Of a DNA stretch of 64,000 nt, positions 1-11,834 are shown one piece after another. Location: assembly GCF_000143415.4 (NCBI RefSeq), contig NW_003314261.1:3278880-3342879 (forward strand). The letters are read 5' to 3'. Source of the DNA: Selaginella moellendorffii (lineage: Eukaryota; Plantae; Lycopodiophyta). The notes under the pieces were generated by a model. That model ran no database searches, was not told the origin of the DNA, and saw only the letters and a list, made by a program, of their open reading frames with translations. The translations under genes and the position numbers were made by a program. Each line of letters opens with the position of its first letter. The stretch's first letter is position 1.

Positions 1-1494
1 TTGAAAGGACTAGCTGCGGATATCTACTTCAGCACAATTCTGCGAGGTTGGCAAACTTCCAACGCTGATATCGCTTCGGGTCAGACGACGGTCTCGAAAA
101 CTTTTTATACGACTTTACGAGAAGCGCTGGCTGACAAGATGTACGAGGTTAGACTGGCAACACTGAAGGCGCTAAAGTCATTCTCGACACAAGATTTCGC
201 TGTTGCTTTCACGCAGTTGGACGCGAGAATACTGCATGGCCTGTTAACAGAGCGTTTATATACGGAGCTTCATCCCAGATGCGTGAAGCGCTTATTACAG
301 GTTTTTCTGAGATGGAACCTTCTCGCAGTTGACAACGATCCTCAGCAGGACCCTTTCAAGATATGGAACACGTTACTCGGAATTTACAACACCTCCAAGG
401 TCTCCAAGACAAGGGAATCTGCAGTACGTTGTCTCGGCAATTGCATGCAACACCTTCTCGTCTCAATGAAGGCCGACATGGTGGACAGGGACTTGGACGA
501 CTCCGACTGGGAAGTCTTTCGCGGGGTGCTCGAGACATGGAACGATCTGATACGACGCCACAGTGCGGCCAGCGAGCCTGTAAACTTGAGGAGAGCGATT
601 TCTTCGGCAATAATCTCCTCGAGGTGCTTGGAGGAGTCTAAGTGGCTCAGGGAGAATACCAGGATGGTGGCAGTGTCTCCGAGGTTGAAGTGGTACAGGA
701 AAATAGTTCTGAGCGTCTGGTCTGTAACCATCAACCTTTTGGAGGACGAAGACATTGTTCTACGCCAGCAGCTTGCGTTGGCCCTCCAGGACGTCATGGT
801 ACCCGTTTTCAAAGCTCCGCATGCTAGCGTTCCAGCTCAAGTGGAGAGGGTGCTGGAAACGAGCCTCGCATTCCTGAGGTTCCAGTTCCAGGAATGCGAT
901 TTCTTCTACGACTTTCTTGCTGGGTGGATACTGGGCGACAACAGCTCTCGTTTTGGAGGCCTCCAGAACACAGACCTGGTCCGTAAGCTGTTCGACAAAG
1001 AGCTCGATAACCACCACGAGGAGCAGCTACTGGTGGTCCAACTTTGCTGCTCGCACATCGAAAGCTTCCTCGACTCGCCGGAACACTCGACCGAGTTTGT
1101 CACAAAATGGCGAGGCAAATTCCTGGACCAGGCAGTGGCTTGTGCAAAGTGGTGTTTGGAGCTCCAGCGATCAACGCACTGGGTCGGAGGCATAACAAAC
1201 CACCAGGACGTGTTCAAGCACCTATACAGGACCTTGCTCGGATTATTAGTGCTATCAACACCAAAAACCACAGGAAACTCGTCTTTAAGCTCCCTGCAAG
1301 CTCTAAAAGGGAGTCTTTTGGAGCTGACATCGCTAAGCGAGGTACCTCTAAGTCCCATGATTTCTAACTTGCTCTCCAGATTACTCCAAGCGGTCGAGCA
1401 CAGCACCGGCATGAACTTGGTTGCCGATTCTTTCCGAGCTTCCATGCATGACAGCTACTGCCCGGACTTTGAGCCGTTTTTCTTGCTCAAATAG
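1..1494 (+). CDS. THADA: THADA/Trm732-like ARM-repeat protein, C-terminal part (5' end outside window)
   Basis: Open frame from base 1 to TAG at 1492-1494; contains DLVRKLFDKELDNHHEEQLL and WVGGITNHQDVF, which I recognise from plant THADA homologue C-termini. Confidence 0.75.
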   Translation: MKGLAADIYFSTILRGWQTSNADIASGQTTVSKTFYTTLREALADKMYEVRLATLKALKSFSTQDFAVAFTQLDARILHGLLTERLYTELHPRCVKRLLQVFLRWNLLAVDNDPQQDPFKIWNTLLGIYNTSKVSKTRESAVRCLGNCMQHLLVSMKADMVDRDLDDSDWEVFRGVLETWNDLIRRHSAASEPVNLRRAISSAIISSRCLEESKWLRENTRMVAVSPRLKWYRKIVLSVWSVTINLLEDEDIVLRQQLALALQDVMVPVFKAPHASVPAQVERVLETSLAFLRFQFQECDFFYDFLAGWILGDNSSRFGGLQNTDLVRKLFDKELDNHHEEQLLVVQLCCSHIESFLDSPEHSTEFVTKWRGKFLDQAVACAKWCLELQRSTHWVGGITNHQDVFKHLYRTLLGLLVLSTPKTTGNSSLSSLQALKGSLLELTSLSEVPLSPMISNLLSRLLQAVEHSTGMNLVADSFRASMHDSYCPDFEPFFLLK

Positions 1495-1855
1495 AAGTTT
1501 AAGCAACTGTCCAACTTTGTCATCGTGATCCATGTGGGACTGCCAAATTTTTTGACTACGATACAGCTGTGGCAATTTGCCGCTCGCCACGTTTTTGGGA
1601 TATATCCACTCGTCGTGTCGGCATCATATTACTTCCGTCAAGTTTTATCACACTCGTCGAAAAGTGTGATAAACAGTCGCTTAAGAGCGTCTAAAGATAC
1701 GCTTATCACGTTACAGTGACGCTATATCTATCTTTTCGTGTCACAGGAGGAGCGAGCGAGCTTGGGACACTACTCGCAGAGTAAGTCCTTCGGCTCTTAA
1801 TGCGCTGATTGCCGAGTTTTTGTTCTTTTCCAGGTCGATTGATCGAAAAGCCACC

Positions 1856-2642
1856 ATGGTCTATCACAGGAACTTGCTCCAAGTGCAGCCTTCGGAGGCT
1901 ATATACCAAGATCTGAGGGCCATTGGCACCGCGTCCCGTGATATCGGGATCCAGCTCGCCGCTACCGTTTCTGCGGGGCATTTCGGATTCCTGAGATGGC
2001 TTGCAACCATAGCTGCCATGTAAGTCACAAAGGTGTTTTTTCCCTGAGTTCTCACTTGCTTGGATGATCTTGGCTTGCGCAGATTCCTCATTGTTGTGGA
2101 TAGAACCCACTGGAAGACTGATCTCCTGACCGGGCTGCTGGTGCCTTACATCTGGCTCAACCTTCCTCCAATCCTCTTCGGCTTCTTCAGGTGCTAGTTT
2201 TCCAAGTTCTTCTACTTCGGTTCCACGATTTAGTGTGACAGGGGCGAGGTCGGCAAGTGGATTTCCCTCATCACTGTTATTGTCCGTCTCTTCATCCCCC
2301 GAAAGTTCCCAGGTACTTGAACCAGAAAAGCTTTCAAGTTTCTCGAGTTTAGAGGGGTTTTTTTTTTTTTTTCTTGTATCCTTCGCAGAGGAAGCGGAGC
2401 TGCCCGTGTCACTCATCCTCCTCATCGTCGTTGCTCCAAACCTCCTGGCCGACTCGGTGAGAAACAGCTTAGCTGGGATAATCGTGAGCTTGGCAATCGG
2501 CTGCTACCTCCTCGTCCAGCACATCAACAATGCCGGTGGCTTCCGCAAGGCGTTCGCCGCGCAAAACGGCATCCCAAACACCATTGGCATCCTCCTCCTC
2601 TTCGTCTCGCCGCTCTGGGAGATCTTCCACCACTACCTCTGA
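1856..2642 (+). CDS. COR413-PM: COR413-PM / WCOR413 cold-regulated membrane protein, spliced, with a 5'UTR intron at 1781-1833
   Basis: Spliced reading gives FLRWLATIAA / IVVDRTHWKTDLLTGLLVPYIWLNLP / GEVGKWISLITVIVRLFIPRKFP / ELPVSLILLIVVAP...GGFRKAFAAQNGIPNTIGILLLFVSP; ATG in CCACCATGG context. Confidence 0.9.
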
Positions 2643-2835
2643 GCTTTGTGTATATAGCCCAGCAAGAGCTCCTCTTGGCTATGCAATAAGCTCTTTGGGT
2701 CGATCACTTGATCTCTTTTCTAGCCATCGTTGCTCGAGAGCTTTGATCTGGAAGTATTGCTCGAGACCGGCATGAGCTTCGTTCTCAAAAAAGTCAAACT
2801 TGCAAGTTCTTAGCCTCCCACGTTTTAAATGGTTT

Positions 2836-5643
2836 ATGCTCGGGGGTGGAGGAGGGCTCCGTGATTTCGAGTGGCAGAGGCTCTTGAGGCTTGTTGGTGG
2901 CTCCAGGGATTTGGAAAGAGCGAGAGAGCTCCATGGCGCCATTCTCGCCTCTCGCAGCGAGCATGATGACAGCAGCCGGGGCACTTTTCTCTCGAATCTG
3001 GTGCTCCAAATGTATGGCAAGTGTGGAAGTGTGGAAGACGCGAAGGTGGTGTTCGAGAACACGGCCGCGCGGAACAGCTTCTCGTGGACAATGCTCGTTA
3101 CTGCATATGCCCAGAATGGGTATGCGTGGGATGCGTATAGATTGCTGGAATTGATGCCGGAGAGAAATGTTTTGAGCTCCACTGCTGTGTTGAAAGCTTT
3201 CTCTGGACGCGGGCTTTGGCTTGAAAGCAAGGCCCTCTTTGATCATATGCCCGAAAGGAACGAAATCGCCTGGACTGTCATGGTGGAGGCAAATGCCCAA
3301 ATGGGGCATTTTCTGGAAGCGAAGAAAGCGTTTGATTTCATGCCACTCCATTGCGTTGTGTCTGCGACAACAATGGTAGCTGCTTTTAGCAAGCACGGTA
3401 ATGTACCTTCTTGCAAAATGGTTTTCGATGTAATGCGCGAGAGAAACTGCCTGAGCTGGATCACTCTCTCGGATGCATTTGCCGAGAACGGGTATTTTGA
3501 GGAATCTCTTTCGGTATTCACAAGCATGCCAGTGTGGGACAAAGTGTCATCAACTGCAATGCTCAAGTCGTGTGTTAAGCACTCTGAGCACGATCTGGCG
3601 AAGATGATCTTCGAAACCATGCTCTACAAGGATCACGTTGCGTGGACCACGATGATCATAGCAAATGCCCAAGCGGGGCAAATGCTTGCCGCGAAACACG
3701 CTTTCGATTCCATGGAGAAGCGTGATCTTGTCTCGTGGACAGCAATGGTGGCGGCGTTTTGCTCCAACGAAGACATCTCCACCGCGAAAAATCACTTTGA
3801 TCGAATGCCCAAACACAGTGTCGTTGCGTGGAACGAGCTTGTCAAAGCGACAATCACCGCAGGCATGATCGAGGAGGGGCGGGCGCTCTTCCACCGGATC
3901 CCACAGCCGGATTCCTTCTCCTGGACCTCTGCCATCGCCTCGCTCGCGCAGCGCCGCCACTTTGCCGCCGCGGAGGAGCTCTTCGCCGCCATGCCCGAGC
4001 AGCTTAAGGATACTGTCGCCCACACGGCGATGCTTCGAGCGCTGCTCTCTTCCGACGCGATCGATCGAGCAAAGGCCGTGTTTGATGCCATGGAGAGGAG
4101 AGATGGGGTGGCCTGGGCGACGATGCTCCAGGGATTCGCGCAGAGAGGGGGTGGTAGATTTCTGGAAGATGCCCAGAGAGTGTTCTTGGCGATGCCTTGC
4201 AGGAATTCTTTCTCCTACACGACGATGGTGGCGGGGTTTTGCGAGGCCGACCGGATCGAGCAAGCGCAGAGCCTCTTCTGGGCGATGCCGGAGAGGGACG
4301 TGGTGGCCTGGACGGTGCTCCTGGCGGCGGTTGGGCAGGCGGATCATCTGCCTCTCTCGCGGGCGATGGAGCTCTTCGATTCCATGCCGGAGAGGAACGT
4401 CCTCTCGTGGAATGCTCTGCTGGGCGCTTGCTCGCGCGGCGAGAGGGACCTCGATTGCGCCAGGAGCGTCTTCCTCGCGATGCCGCAACGCGATCGGGGC
4501 TCGTGGGTCGCGATGATCGCTGCCGTCGCGCAGCTCGGCGATCTCGAGGAGGCGCGCTCGATCTTCGACGAGGCTCCGGAGCAGGCGTCGGGGGCCTGGG
4601 CGGCGATTGTCCAGGGCTACGCGAATCGGGGGCAGCTGAAAGAGGCGAGGAGGATCTTCGAGCAAAGCGCTGCTAGCGATCGATCGCCCATAGCCTGGAA
4701 CGCCTTGATCGCGGCCTACGCAGAGAATGGCAACCTTGGCGAGGCGAGGGCCCTCTTCGACGAGATGCCGTCGGATTCCCGCGACGCGGCCACGTGGACG
4801 GCCATGATCGGCGGGTACGCCCAGCGCGGGAATCTTGAAATGGCGGAAGAGCTCTTGGAGAATATACCGCCGGGGTTTGAAACAATTGGCGCCAAGAACG
4901 CAGTGCTCGCCGGGCACGCCCAGATCGGCGCGATGGAGCGAGCTCTGGAAATCTTCCAATCCATGGAAGAGAAGGACGCAGCTAGCTACACGGCAATGGT
5001 GGCTGGATTCGCCCGCGCGTCCAATCTCGTCCCCGCGCGCGAGCTCTTCGATCAAACACCCCACAAAGACATCGTCGCCTGGAACACGATCCTCGCAGCT
5101 TTTGCCCAGGCTGGGCATCTCTCGCAAGCGCTGGAGATCTTCGACAACATCCCGCGTCCCAATCTCACGTCTTGGAACGCGATCATCGCCGGTTTCGCTC
5201 ACTCTCACCGCGGCCAATCTGCGCTCCAGCACTTCCACTCAATGCTTCTCCACGGGATCAAAGCCGACGCCACCACCTTCTCGGGAGTTCTTCGCGCTTG
5301 CAGCCACACTGGCTTGCTCGAGGAGGCCTCGAGCTACTTCGTGCTACTGGCGAGAGATCTGGGGGTGAGGCCCGGCCGCGAGCAGTACCAGTGGATGGTT
5401 GATATCGTGTCGAGGTTGGGCCAGCTCGAGCTCGCGGAGGAGCTCATCAAAGCCATGCCTTTCTTTCCAAACGACGTTGCGTGGGGGTCGCTTCTGACTG
5501 CCTGTGGAACCCAGGGGGATTTGGAGCGAGCCAAGAGGATTTCCAGCCACGCTGTGGCTGCCGCCGCGAAGAACTCTGGGAGGTATGTCGCCTTTGCAAA
5601 CGTTGTTGCCGACCAGAGCTGCTACGCGAATGGAGGTGACTAG
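2836..5643 (+). CDS. PLS-class pentatricopeptide repeat protein with C-terminal E motif and no DYW domain (putative organellar RNA-editing factor)
   Basis: Intronless ORF with tandem ~31-aa repeats (AxxLFDxMPERDVVSWTAM), N-terminal NLVLQMYGKCG and C-terminal YQWMVDIVSRLGQLELAEELIKAMPFFPNDVAWGSLLTAC; first ATG at 2836. Confidence 0.93.
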   Translation: MLGGGGGLRDFEWQRLLRLVGGSRDLERARELHGAILASRSEHDDSSRGTFLSNLVLQMYGKCGSVEDAKVVFENTAARNSFSWTMLVTAYAQNGYAWDAYRLLELMPERNVLSSTAVLKAFSGRGLWLESKALFDHMPERNEIAWTVMVEANAQMGHFLEAKKAFDFMPLHCVVSATTMVAAFSKHGNVPSCKMVFDVMRERNCLSWITLSDAFAENGYFEESLSVFTSMPVWDKVSSTAMLKSCVKHSEHDLAKMIFETMLYKDHVAWTTMIIANAQAGQMLAAKHAFDSMEKRDLVSWTAMVAAFCSNEDISTAKNHFDRMPKHSVVAWNELVKATITAGMIEEGRALFHRIPQPDSFSWTSAIASLAQRRHFAAAEELFAAMPEQLKDTVAHTAMLRALLSSDAIDRAKAVFDAMERRDGVAWATMLQGFAQRGGGRFLEDAQRVFLAMPCRNSFSYTTMVAGFCEADRIEQAQSLFWAMPERDVVAWTVLLAAVGQADHLPLSRAMELFDSMPERNVLSWNALLGACSRGERDLDCARSVFLAMPQRDRGSWVAMIAAVAQLGDLEEARSIFDEAPEQASGAWAAIVQGYANRGQLKEARRIFEQSAASDRSPIAWNALIAAYAENGNLGEARALFDEMPSDSRDAATWTAMIGGYAQRGNLEMAEELLENIPPGFETIGAKNAVLAGHAQIGAMERALEIFQSMEEKDAASYTAMVAGFARASNLVPARELFDQTPHKDIVAWNTILAAFAQAGHLSQALEIFDNIPRPNLTSWNAIIAGFAHSHRGQSALQHFHSMLLHGIKADATTFSGVLRACSHTGLLEEASSYFVLLARDLGVRPGREQYQWMVDIVSRLGQLELAEELIKAMPFFPNDVAWGSLLTACGTQGDLERAKRISSHAVAAAAKNSGRYVAFANVVADQSCYANGGD

Positions 5644-5704
5644 AAGCAAAATCCATTTTCTCGTTCGATCTTCGCAGAGACTGGCAAAACGCTTCCATTG
5701 TTCT

Positions 5705-7351
5705 TTAGGCGGTCATTTGGATGATCAGACTCTTGTCTTGGAACTTCGCTCCCTTAACTTTGCCGTGCATTTGCGGCGGGAGCTTGATCACTCTCTTCTG
5801 ATCTCCGGCATCCAGCAGCAGCTCCGATCGTTTCAGCTGGAAAACAAACCGTTTTCTTTTTCCTTCAGGAAGGAACAGTGGCTTACTTGGGAGAGCTTGA
5901 CGTCGGCTTTGTCAAATCCTGGCAAGAAACAAGTGACTGTCCCAGACGAGTGATCTAGCGAAACTGGCGGGTTTGAAACCGAGGAGCCATCTCCCCGCAA
6001 TACTTCGCAAGTTTGTTTGTCGAGGCTCGAAAGAATTTGTTCCCAGCTGGGTGGACTCTCACCGAAGGTTAGTTCTGGAATGGAAGCCACGGCCAGAGAA
6101 GAGAAACCTTCTTTCCAAGTTTGAGCTCTGGAGTTCTGGTGGTGGACGACTCCGGCAACGTGAACTCCGGCTTGCACAGCACAACCCCAGTAGCGGAGAG
6201 CCGTTTTTTCTGTCAGTTTGCTCCTTGGATCGGTCACAATGTAGCTGGAGAATGTGTTGGGATTGGCAAAGTTCTGCTCAACTCCCTGGAAAACAAAGAA
6301 ACGAGAAACTTTTAGCTGAAAAGAAATAGAAGATGTGTGTTTTACGTGGAGAACAGTGTTTGCTAGCTCCCAAAGCTCCGAAGTTGATCTTTCAGTCGAC
6401 AAATCTTCGAGCAGTGAAGCTTCGGCGAGTCTCAAAATGGAAGGAAGTACGACTCTTCCAATATCAGTCTTCTCGGCAATGCTTCTAAACCGATTCATGT
6501 ACCACCTGCGGATCAAAAGTACGTGAAGGAAAAACTTCCAAAGTTTGGAAAGCTTTTGGCTTACCTTAGTCTTTCAGCACATCCAAACATTCTTAGAGTC
6601 TCATCGCTGTTTGGGCCGTCGTAGACGACAACGTCGTACTCGGGCTTGAAAACTTTCGAGCGTTTTGGAAAAAACCGGCGAGCAAAGCCACACAGCTGGT
6701 CCAGAACGAACAAAGCCATGATCGAATCCATGCCCGGCAACACGCTCAGCTCCTCACCAGCAACCTTCTCTGTTCCAAACACTTCTCATCATCTCCAGAA
6801 AAACAAAAAAACATAACAAGTTCTCGAAAACACAAACAAACCTCCGTCTGAAGAGCTCCTTGGCTGAAACTTATTCGACCGTCCGCTTTCTTGACTTGCT
6901 CCAAAGGCTGTGCTAAAATCTGCAAGCGAAAGACCAAAGCCACCTCGACTGAGAAAAACAAAACTATAGAACGCAAACCTTGGTAGTCTCGAGTCGAAGT
7001 GCTGTGAGAGATCCATTCTCAAGAATTTTCGTAGGCTGGTGCTTGAGCTGATGACCCAGAAGAAAATCAGCAGTAACATCCTGGGACTGGATCACTAAAC
7101 ACGTCCGAAGGCCAATGCTGGCGTAGAACTAGATAGAGTTCCAAGAGTTACGAGAATTCATGGAAAAGCTATGGTAGTACCTGAGCAGCCAAGACGCTAC
7201 AAGTTGTCTTGCCAGTTCCTCCTTTCCCAATGAAAGTCACCAGCTTGGGATTTTTCTCCTCCTTTCTCTGCTGCTCTTGTGCCACTGCCCTGCATTGTAT
7301 CTTTCTCTCTTTTCCTCGCCACACCCAACTCGGGGCCATGGCACAAGCCAT
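5705..7351 (-). CDS. GET3d: Plastid ArsA/GET3-like ATPase with C-terminal alpha-crystallin-like domain (At1g26090/GET3d-like), multi-exon
   Basis: P-loop [14 protein letters not shown], then [31 protein letters not shown] / [16 protein letters not shown]...GAKF; transit-peptide-like N-terminus; stop TAA at 5707-5705. Confidence 0.85.
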
Positions 7352-7402
7352 GCTATCTTTTCTATCTATCAAATGGACAAAGCTTTAGGTAAGAAGAACT
7401 TT

Positions 7403-8786
7403 ATGGCGATGCTTCTTCTCCAGCGGACGAGTCTTTCTCGGTTCCACTTTGCTCCTCCTCCTCGATCATCCATTGGGCGATCCAGATTCAAGGCGTTTGC
7501 TGCTGTAAGTTCTTCATTTTCCATCGAGGTGTAGTTTCTTGACGATTTTTTCATTCACTACAGGCAGGAACAAACGTAAAAAAAGCTGATAAGCTGGAGC
7601 TCGCGTGTCCTGTTTGCCGCAAATCTTTCAAGAACGATGACCAACCGAAGAACTTTCCAAGATTTGTCTGTGATTGCTGCAAAAAGTCGTACACCAGTAC
7701 CTCGAGTGGGATCATCGACTTGACAATATCACCGACAACAGTAGCTCCACTCGGAGCTTCGTTTTTCCAGTAAGTTCGTTGCGTTTCTTTTTGTCCAAGT
7801 ACTAACAGCAGTAGCATAGCGAGTGAAACAGGAACCCGTTGCTGGCATTCGCGTACGACAGAGGCTACCGCGACCTTTTCTGGATCTGGAACTTCCCCGG
7901 CTACGATCAAGAGGTTTGTCTCTTCATGCATGGACGTTTATAAGTTTTCTTTGTTCTTTCCTTGGTTTCCTGTTCTCCAGTTTAGAATGGCACAGAAACT
8001 CATAGAGCCCGTCGCGCGTGGAGAAACCATCATGGACCTCAGCTGTGCCGGAGGCTGTTTTACTCGACGCTTCCTCGCAAGCAAGAGTTACAAGCGTGTC
8101 ATCGCGGCCGACTACTCTCAGGAAATGCTCGAGCAATGCCGGGGCTTTCTGGAGAGCGATAGCTTTCTAGACACGAGGTTTGCTATTCATTCCAAAAGTT
8201 TCCTTCTTCGTGCTCTTTGGAAAGCGAGTTTCTTAACATTTTTCATGAACAGCGAGTTTGTTCTTTTGAGAGCCGACGCAGGCAGGCTTCCACTTGCAAA
8301 CTCCAGCGTAGCAGCCGTGCATTCCGGGGCAGCAATCCACTGCTGGCCCGAGCCAATCATAGCGGTACGCACTCCACTTCTCTCATGGTATTGATCTTAC
8401 ATATAAATCATGAAGGTGGCAGAAATATCTCGAGTGCTCCGGCCACAAGGCCTGTTTGTTGGGAGTACTTTCGTGTTTCCAGAACCTCCTCCGCCGATAG
8501 ATGGAATTATCAATCCTGTTCGCGAGGTGACGAACGACGATATTTTTCTTTCTTTTCGAGCTCTTTCTTCATTTTTTTATTTTTTATTTTGCTTTTTCTT
8601 TGTTACTCGTCCGTGGCTTATGGGTGGGATGATACTTCTTTGCAGGCAATCATGCAGCTCCAGGTCCCCTTTAAAGCCTGGACACAAAAGGAGTTGCAGC
8701 AACTTGTAGAGGCCAGTGGCTTAATTGATTGGAAGAGCCAGACAAGCGGCCGATACATTCTCTTCTCTGCAACGAAACCAGCCTAA
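7403..8786 (+). CDS. Plastid SAM-dependent methyltransferase (At1g78140/At2g41040-like) with N-terminal CxxC..CxxC zinc ribbon, copy 1
   Basis: LACPVC...CDCCKK, NPLLAFAYDRGYR, DLSCAGG, LRADAGRLPLANSSVAAVHSGAAIHCWP, AEISRVLRPQGLFVGSTF; short GT-AG introns. Confidence 0.87.
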
Positions 8787-8942
8787 GGTAAATCCAAAAC
8801 ATCTCTTTCTCACTCGCTTGACGCTGTTTCCGGTCGTGTGTGTGAATTCACAGGATTTTCTTCTTTCGTAATCTAGGCTTTTCTTGTTCTTTGTTTCTGT
8901 CGAGTTCCTCCGTTGTGAATTTTGCTCGATCTCTCAGAAGGA

Positions 8943-10337
8943 ATGGCACTCGTCCTCCTTAGGAGAAGGATAATAATCAGGCGAGTGTATGGTTTCAAGC
9001 AACAAGAACTTTGGTCCTCTAATCATCATTTCGGCTTACATCGTCACACGAGGTTCATAACTACAGGTGCTCGAGAGATGTACCAAGAACAGGAGAATGA
9101 ACAAGAAGACGATGCGAGGACAACTTTAAAGAGCCTGGCGTGTCCTATATGCTTGCAGCCACTCTGGACATCCAGCAATGAAAGTGTGAGCGTTGAGTAC
9201 GTGTTCTTCGTCTCTAAATCTCTTGTATCTTTGACGAGAAATCTTCCTTCCAGGAACGCTGCAAGCACTTCCTTCCGGTGTAATGGCTGCCGGAGGAGCT
9301 ACCACTCCAGCTCCCGCGGGATCATAAACTTGACGATTCCGGGAGCTTGCGGTGTTCCACTCTCAGCGTCGGTGTTTGAGTAAGAGAAGCTAAACCCATC
9401 CCGCTCATATCTCTCGTCTCGTGTCTTCTTCTTTTCTCAAGGAATCCGATCGTAGCACGCTTTTACGACAAGAGCTACCGTGACCAGGTCTTTCAGCTCG
9501 TTGGATTCCCAGGCTTTGACGAGGAGGTAGAAAGATTACTTCGGGAGAAACGAGATCTGACCTCTTGGTTTTTGCAGTTTACTATGGCACAGGAGATCTT
9601 GAGACCATGTTTCGGGAAAGCCATCATGGACTTGAGCTGTGCCGGGGGCACTTTGACGCGAAAGTTCGCAGCCAGCAACGCGTACAAGCTCGTGATTGCG
9701 TCGGACTACTCAGAAGCCATGCTCAACGAGTCCTTCCACCTCCTCGCAGGCGATCCAGACATCAACGTCAGGTACTCTTTAAACTCCCTGGCCGTGAAAG
9801 CGAGACCGCCATTTGGACTCACGCTCGCCTTTCTCTTTCGAACTTTGATAGCAAAGTCGTGCTCGTCAAGGCCGACGCTGGAAGGCTGCCTTTCACATCC
9901 TCCAGCTTAGCGGCTGTTCACACCAGTGCGGCAATTCATTGCTGGCCTCAGCCTCTCCATGCCGTAAGTAGCGATCTAAGTGAGAAAGGAAAAGCTCTCC
10001 TTTATTTTCAAGTTCTACTACTTAGTTCTACTCAATGCAGGTGGCCGAGATCGCGAGGCTGCTCCAACCGGGAGGGATCTTCGTAGCGAGCACCTTTCTA
10101 TTCCCTCTGCCGCCTCCACCGATCGACAAGCTGCTGGAGCCTTTAAGACAGGTTCTTTCGAGTGGTTTCTTTCAAGTTTTTGATCGCAGCAAGCAGGCAC
10201 TGGGGAGAATGCAATGCCCTCTACGCCTGTGGACGGAGCTGGATTTGCGAGAGATCGCCACAGCCAATGGGCTCATCAACTGGAAGAGCACGCGCCAAGG
10301 AGCCTTCGTCTTGTTCTCGGCAACAAAGCCGCTGTAA
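8943..10337 (+). CDS. Plastid SAM-dependent methyltransferase, tandem paralogue, copy 2
   Basis: LACPIC...CNGCRR, DLSCAGG, KADAGRLPF...AVHTSAAIHCWP, AEIARLLQPGGIFVASTF; same exon layout as copy 1, ends LFSATKPL*. Confidence 0.87.
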
Positions 10338-10416
10338 AAGACATTGGAAACCATAGAATATCCTCGCGCTTTTTAGGGTTCCTCGATTTTTAGGGTTCTT
10401 ATTAAAGAAGGGGGAA

Positions 10417-11420
10417 ATGCCCAACGGGATTTCGCTGATCGCTGCCAGTCCCGCCGGGGCTGCCACGGCGTCCACTTCCGCGCTGGCCTCCTCTGCGGAT
10501 CGCGCCAACTCGCGGCTACGGAAGCCATCGCCAGCCCAGGTACTGTCGGATGATTATGATTTCTGCGGTCCCACGGCGGAGGAAGTGGAGGCAGCGTCCA
10601 AGGAGCTCGGGAATGTGTTTGCTGGCACGTAAGGATTTCGCAAACTCTTTTTGCGCTTTGCCTTTTACCTTTTGGATAATCTCTTTCGAGCTTACGGACT
10701 TTTTCTTGGGTTGATCCAGGAATCCCCATGCTGCGAGCGCTCCAAAAGAAGTCGTGGTCAGCGAAATTGTCCTGAGAGACAACGCTAAAGGATCTTCCTC
10801 TTCCAAAGAGGTAGTTTTCAGTGCTGAGAGTGAAAGCCACGCAGAGCAGCAGCGATCAGGAGCTACGGTTGCGCAGTGCGTGGATTTATTTCAACGTAAT
10901 TCGGATGTACAGGTATCCACCTCTCGCTCATTCTTTCCACTTTCCCATGATTTAATCTTCTTTCTTTTGTGATCCAGGCAGCAGTGATGTCTCTGAGCCG
11001 GGACCCCGCGCTGTGGAACGCTTTCGTACGAAACGAGAGAGTCCAAGAGCTGTTACGGGGCAATAGGGAGCGTTTCCTAGCTTTCGCTGGTAAGATTTCC
11101 TCTCAGCTTTTGCACTGGGAAGAAGAACTAAGGTTTTCATCTTTGTATTACTTATAGGCGCGGGGCGATCGCTCGAGTTCCTCCATCACCACGAGCAACA
11201 GACTAATCCTTTCCTGGTCGCGTTCCACTGGCTCAGGAAGACGCTCTACGATTTGCTAGACTCCTTGGTGGACGTTGTCCACGAGGTGTTTGCATTCGCG
11301 GACAGGAAACTCTTTGGTGGTCGCGAGAGTGAGCCTTTGGACAGGAGTCTCAAAGCTTGCATGGTTCTCACGATTCTTCTTTTCTCGCTCGTACTCCTCA
11401 ACCGGCGGAAGGGATCATGA
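10417..11420 (+). CDS. Uncharacterised conserved plant protein (UCP022280-like) with C-terminal transmembrane tail
   Basis: PTAEEVEAA, DLFQRNSDVQ / AAVMSLSRDPALWNAFVRNERVQEL, hydrophobic tail ACMVLTILLFSLVLLNRR before TGA at 11418-11420. Confidence 0.65.
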
Positions 11421-11834
11421 CAAACAGGAACAAAGAAGAAGAAAGTGGAGATTTTCTCTGAAGTTGCATCTTGGTGGGCGTGATGAGATTCTGATATCCT
11501 GGTGTTCCAATCATATCTACAACTGGATTGGCTATGTGGATCGATTCTTCCACCCAGCGAAGTTTCTCTGGAAACAACTGGATGATCAATCAGAGCTATT
11601 GTCCTTCCCGTTGTGTTGTCCAAAAGAAACTCTATGGAATGGCGTGGAGAAAAAAAACTCCGGCTTGGATGGATCCTAACCGTCAAAACTTTAACCCTTT
11701 TTTTTCTCAGGAATTAATCACGCCAATGGCCATGCATGCATCATGGCCGACAATATCAGACGGCCATGATGATGTACCCGGCTGACGGTTGTGATCGAAT
11801 CGGATCCCCTGCGTATCGTCGGCGCACGTCGGCC

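Noticed and set aside
1706-2425. 239-aa minus-strand ORF
   Set aside because: Antisense to the spliced COR413 gene; its poly-K comes from an intronic T-tract.
3550-5238. 562-aa antisense ORF
   Set aside because: Shadow of the GC-rich PPR coding strand; no independent motifs.
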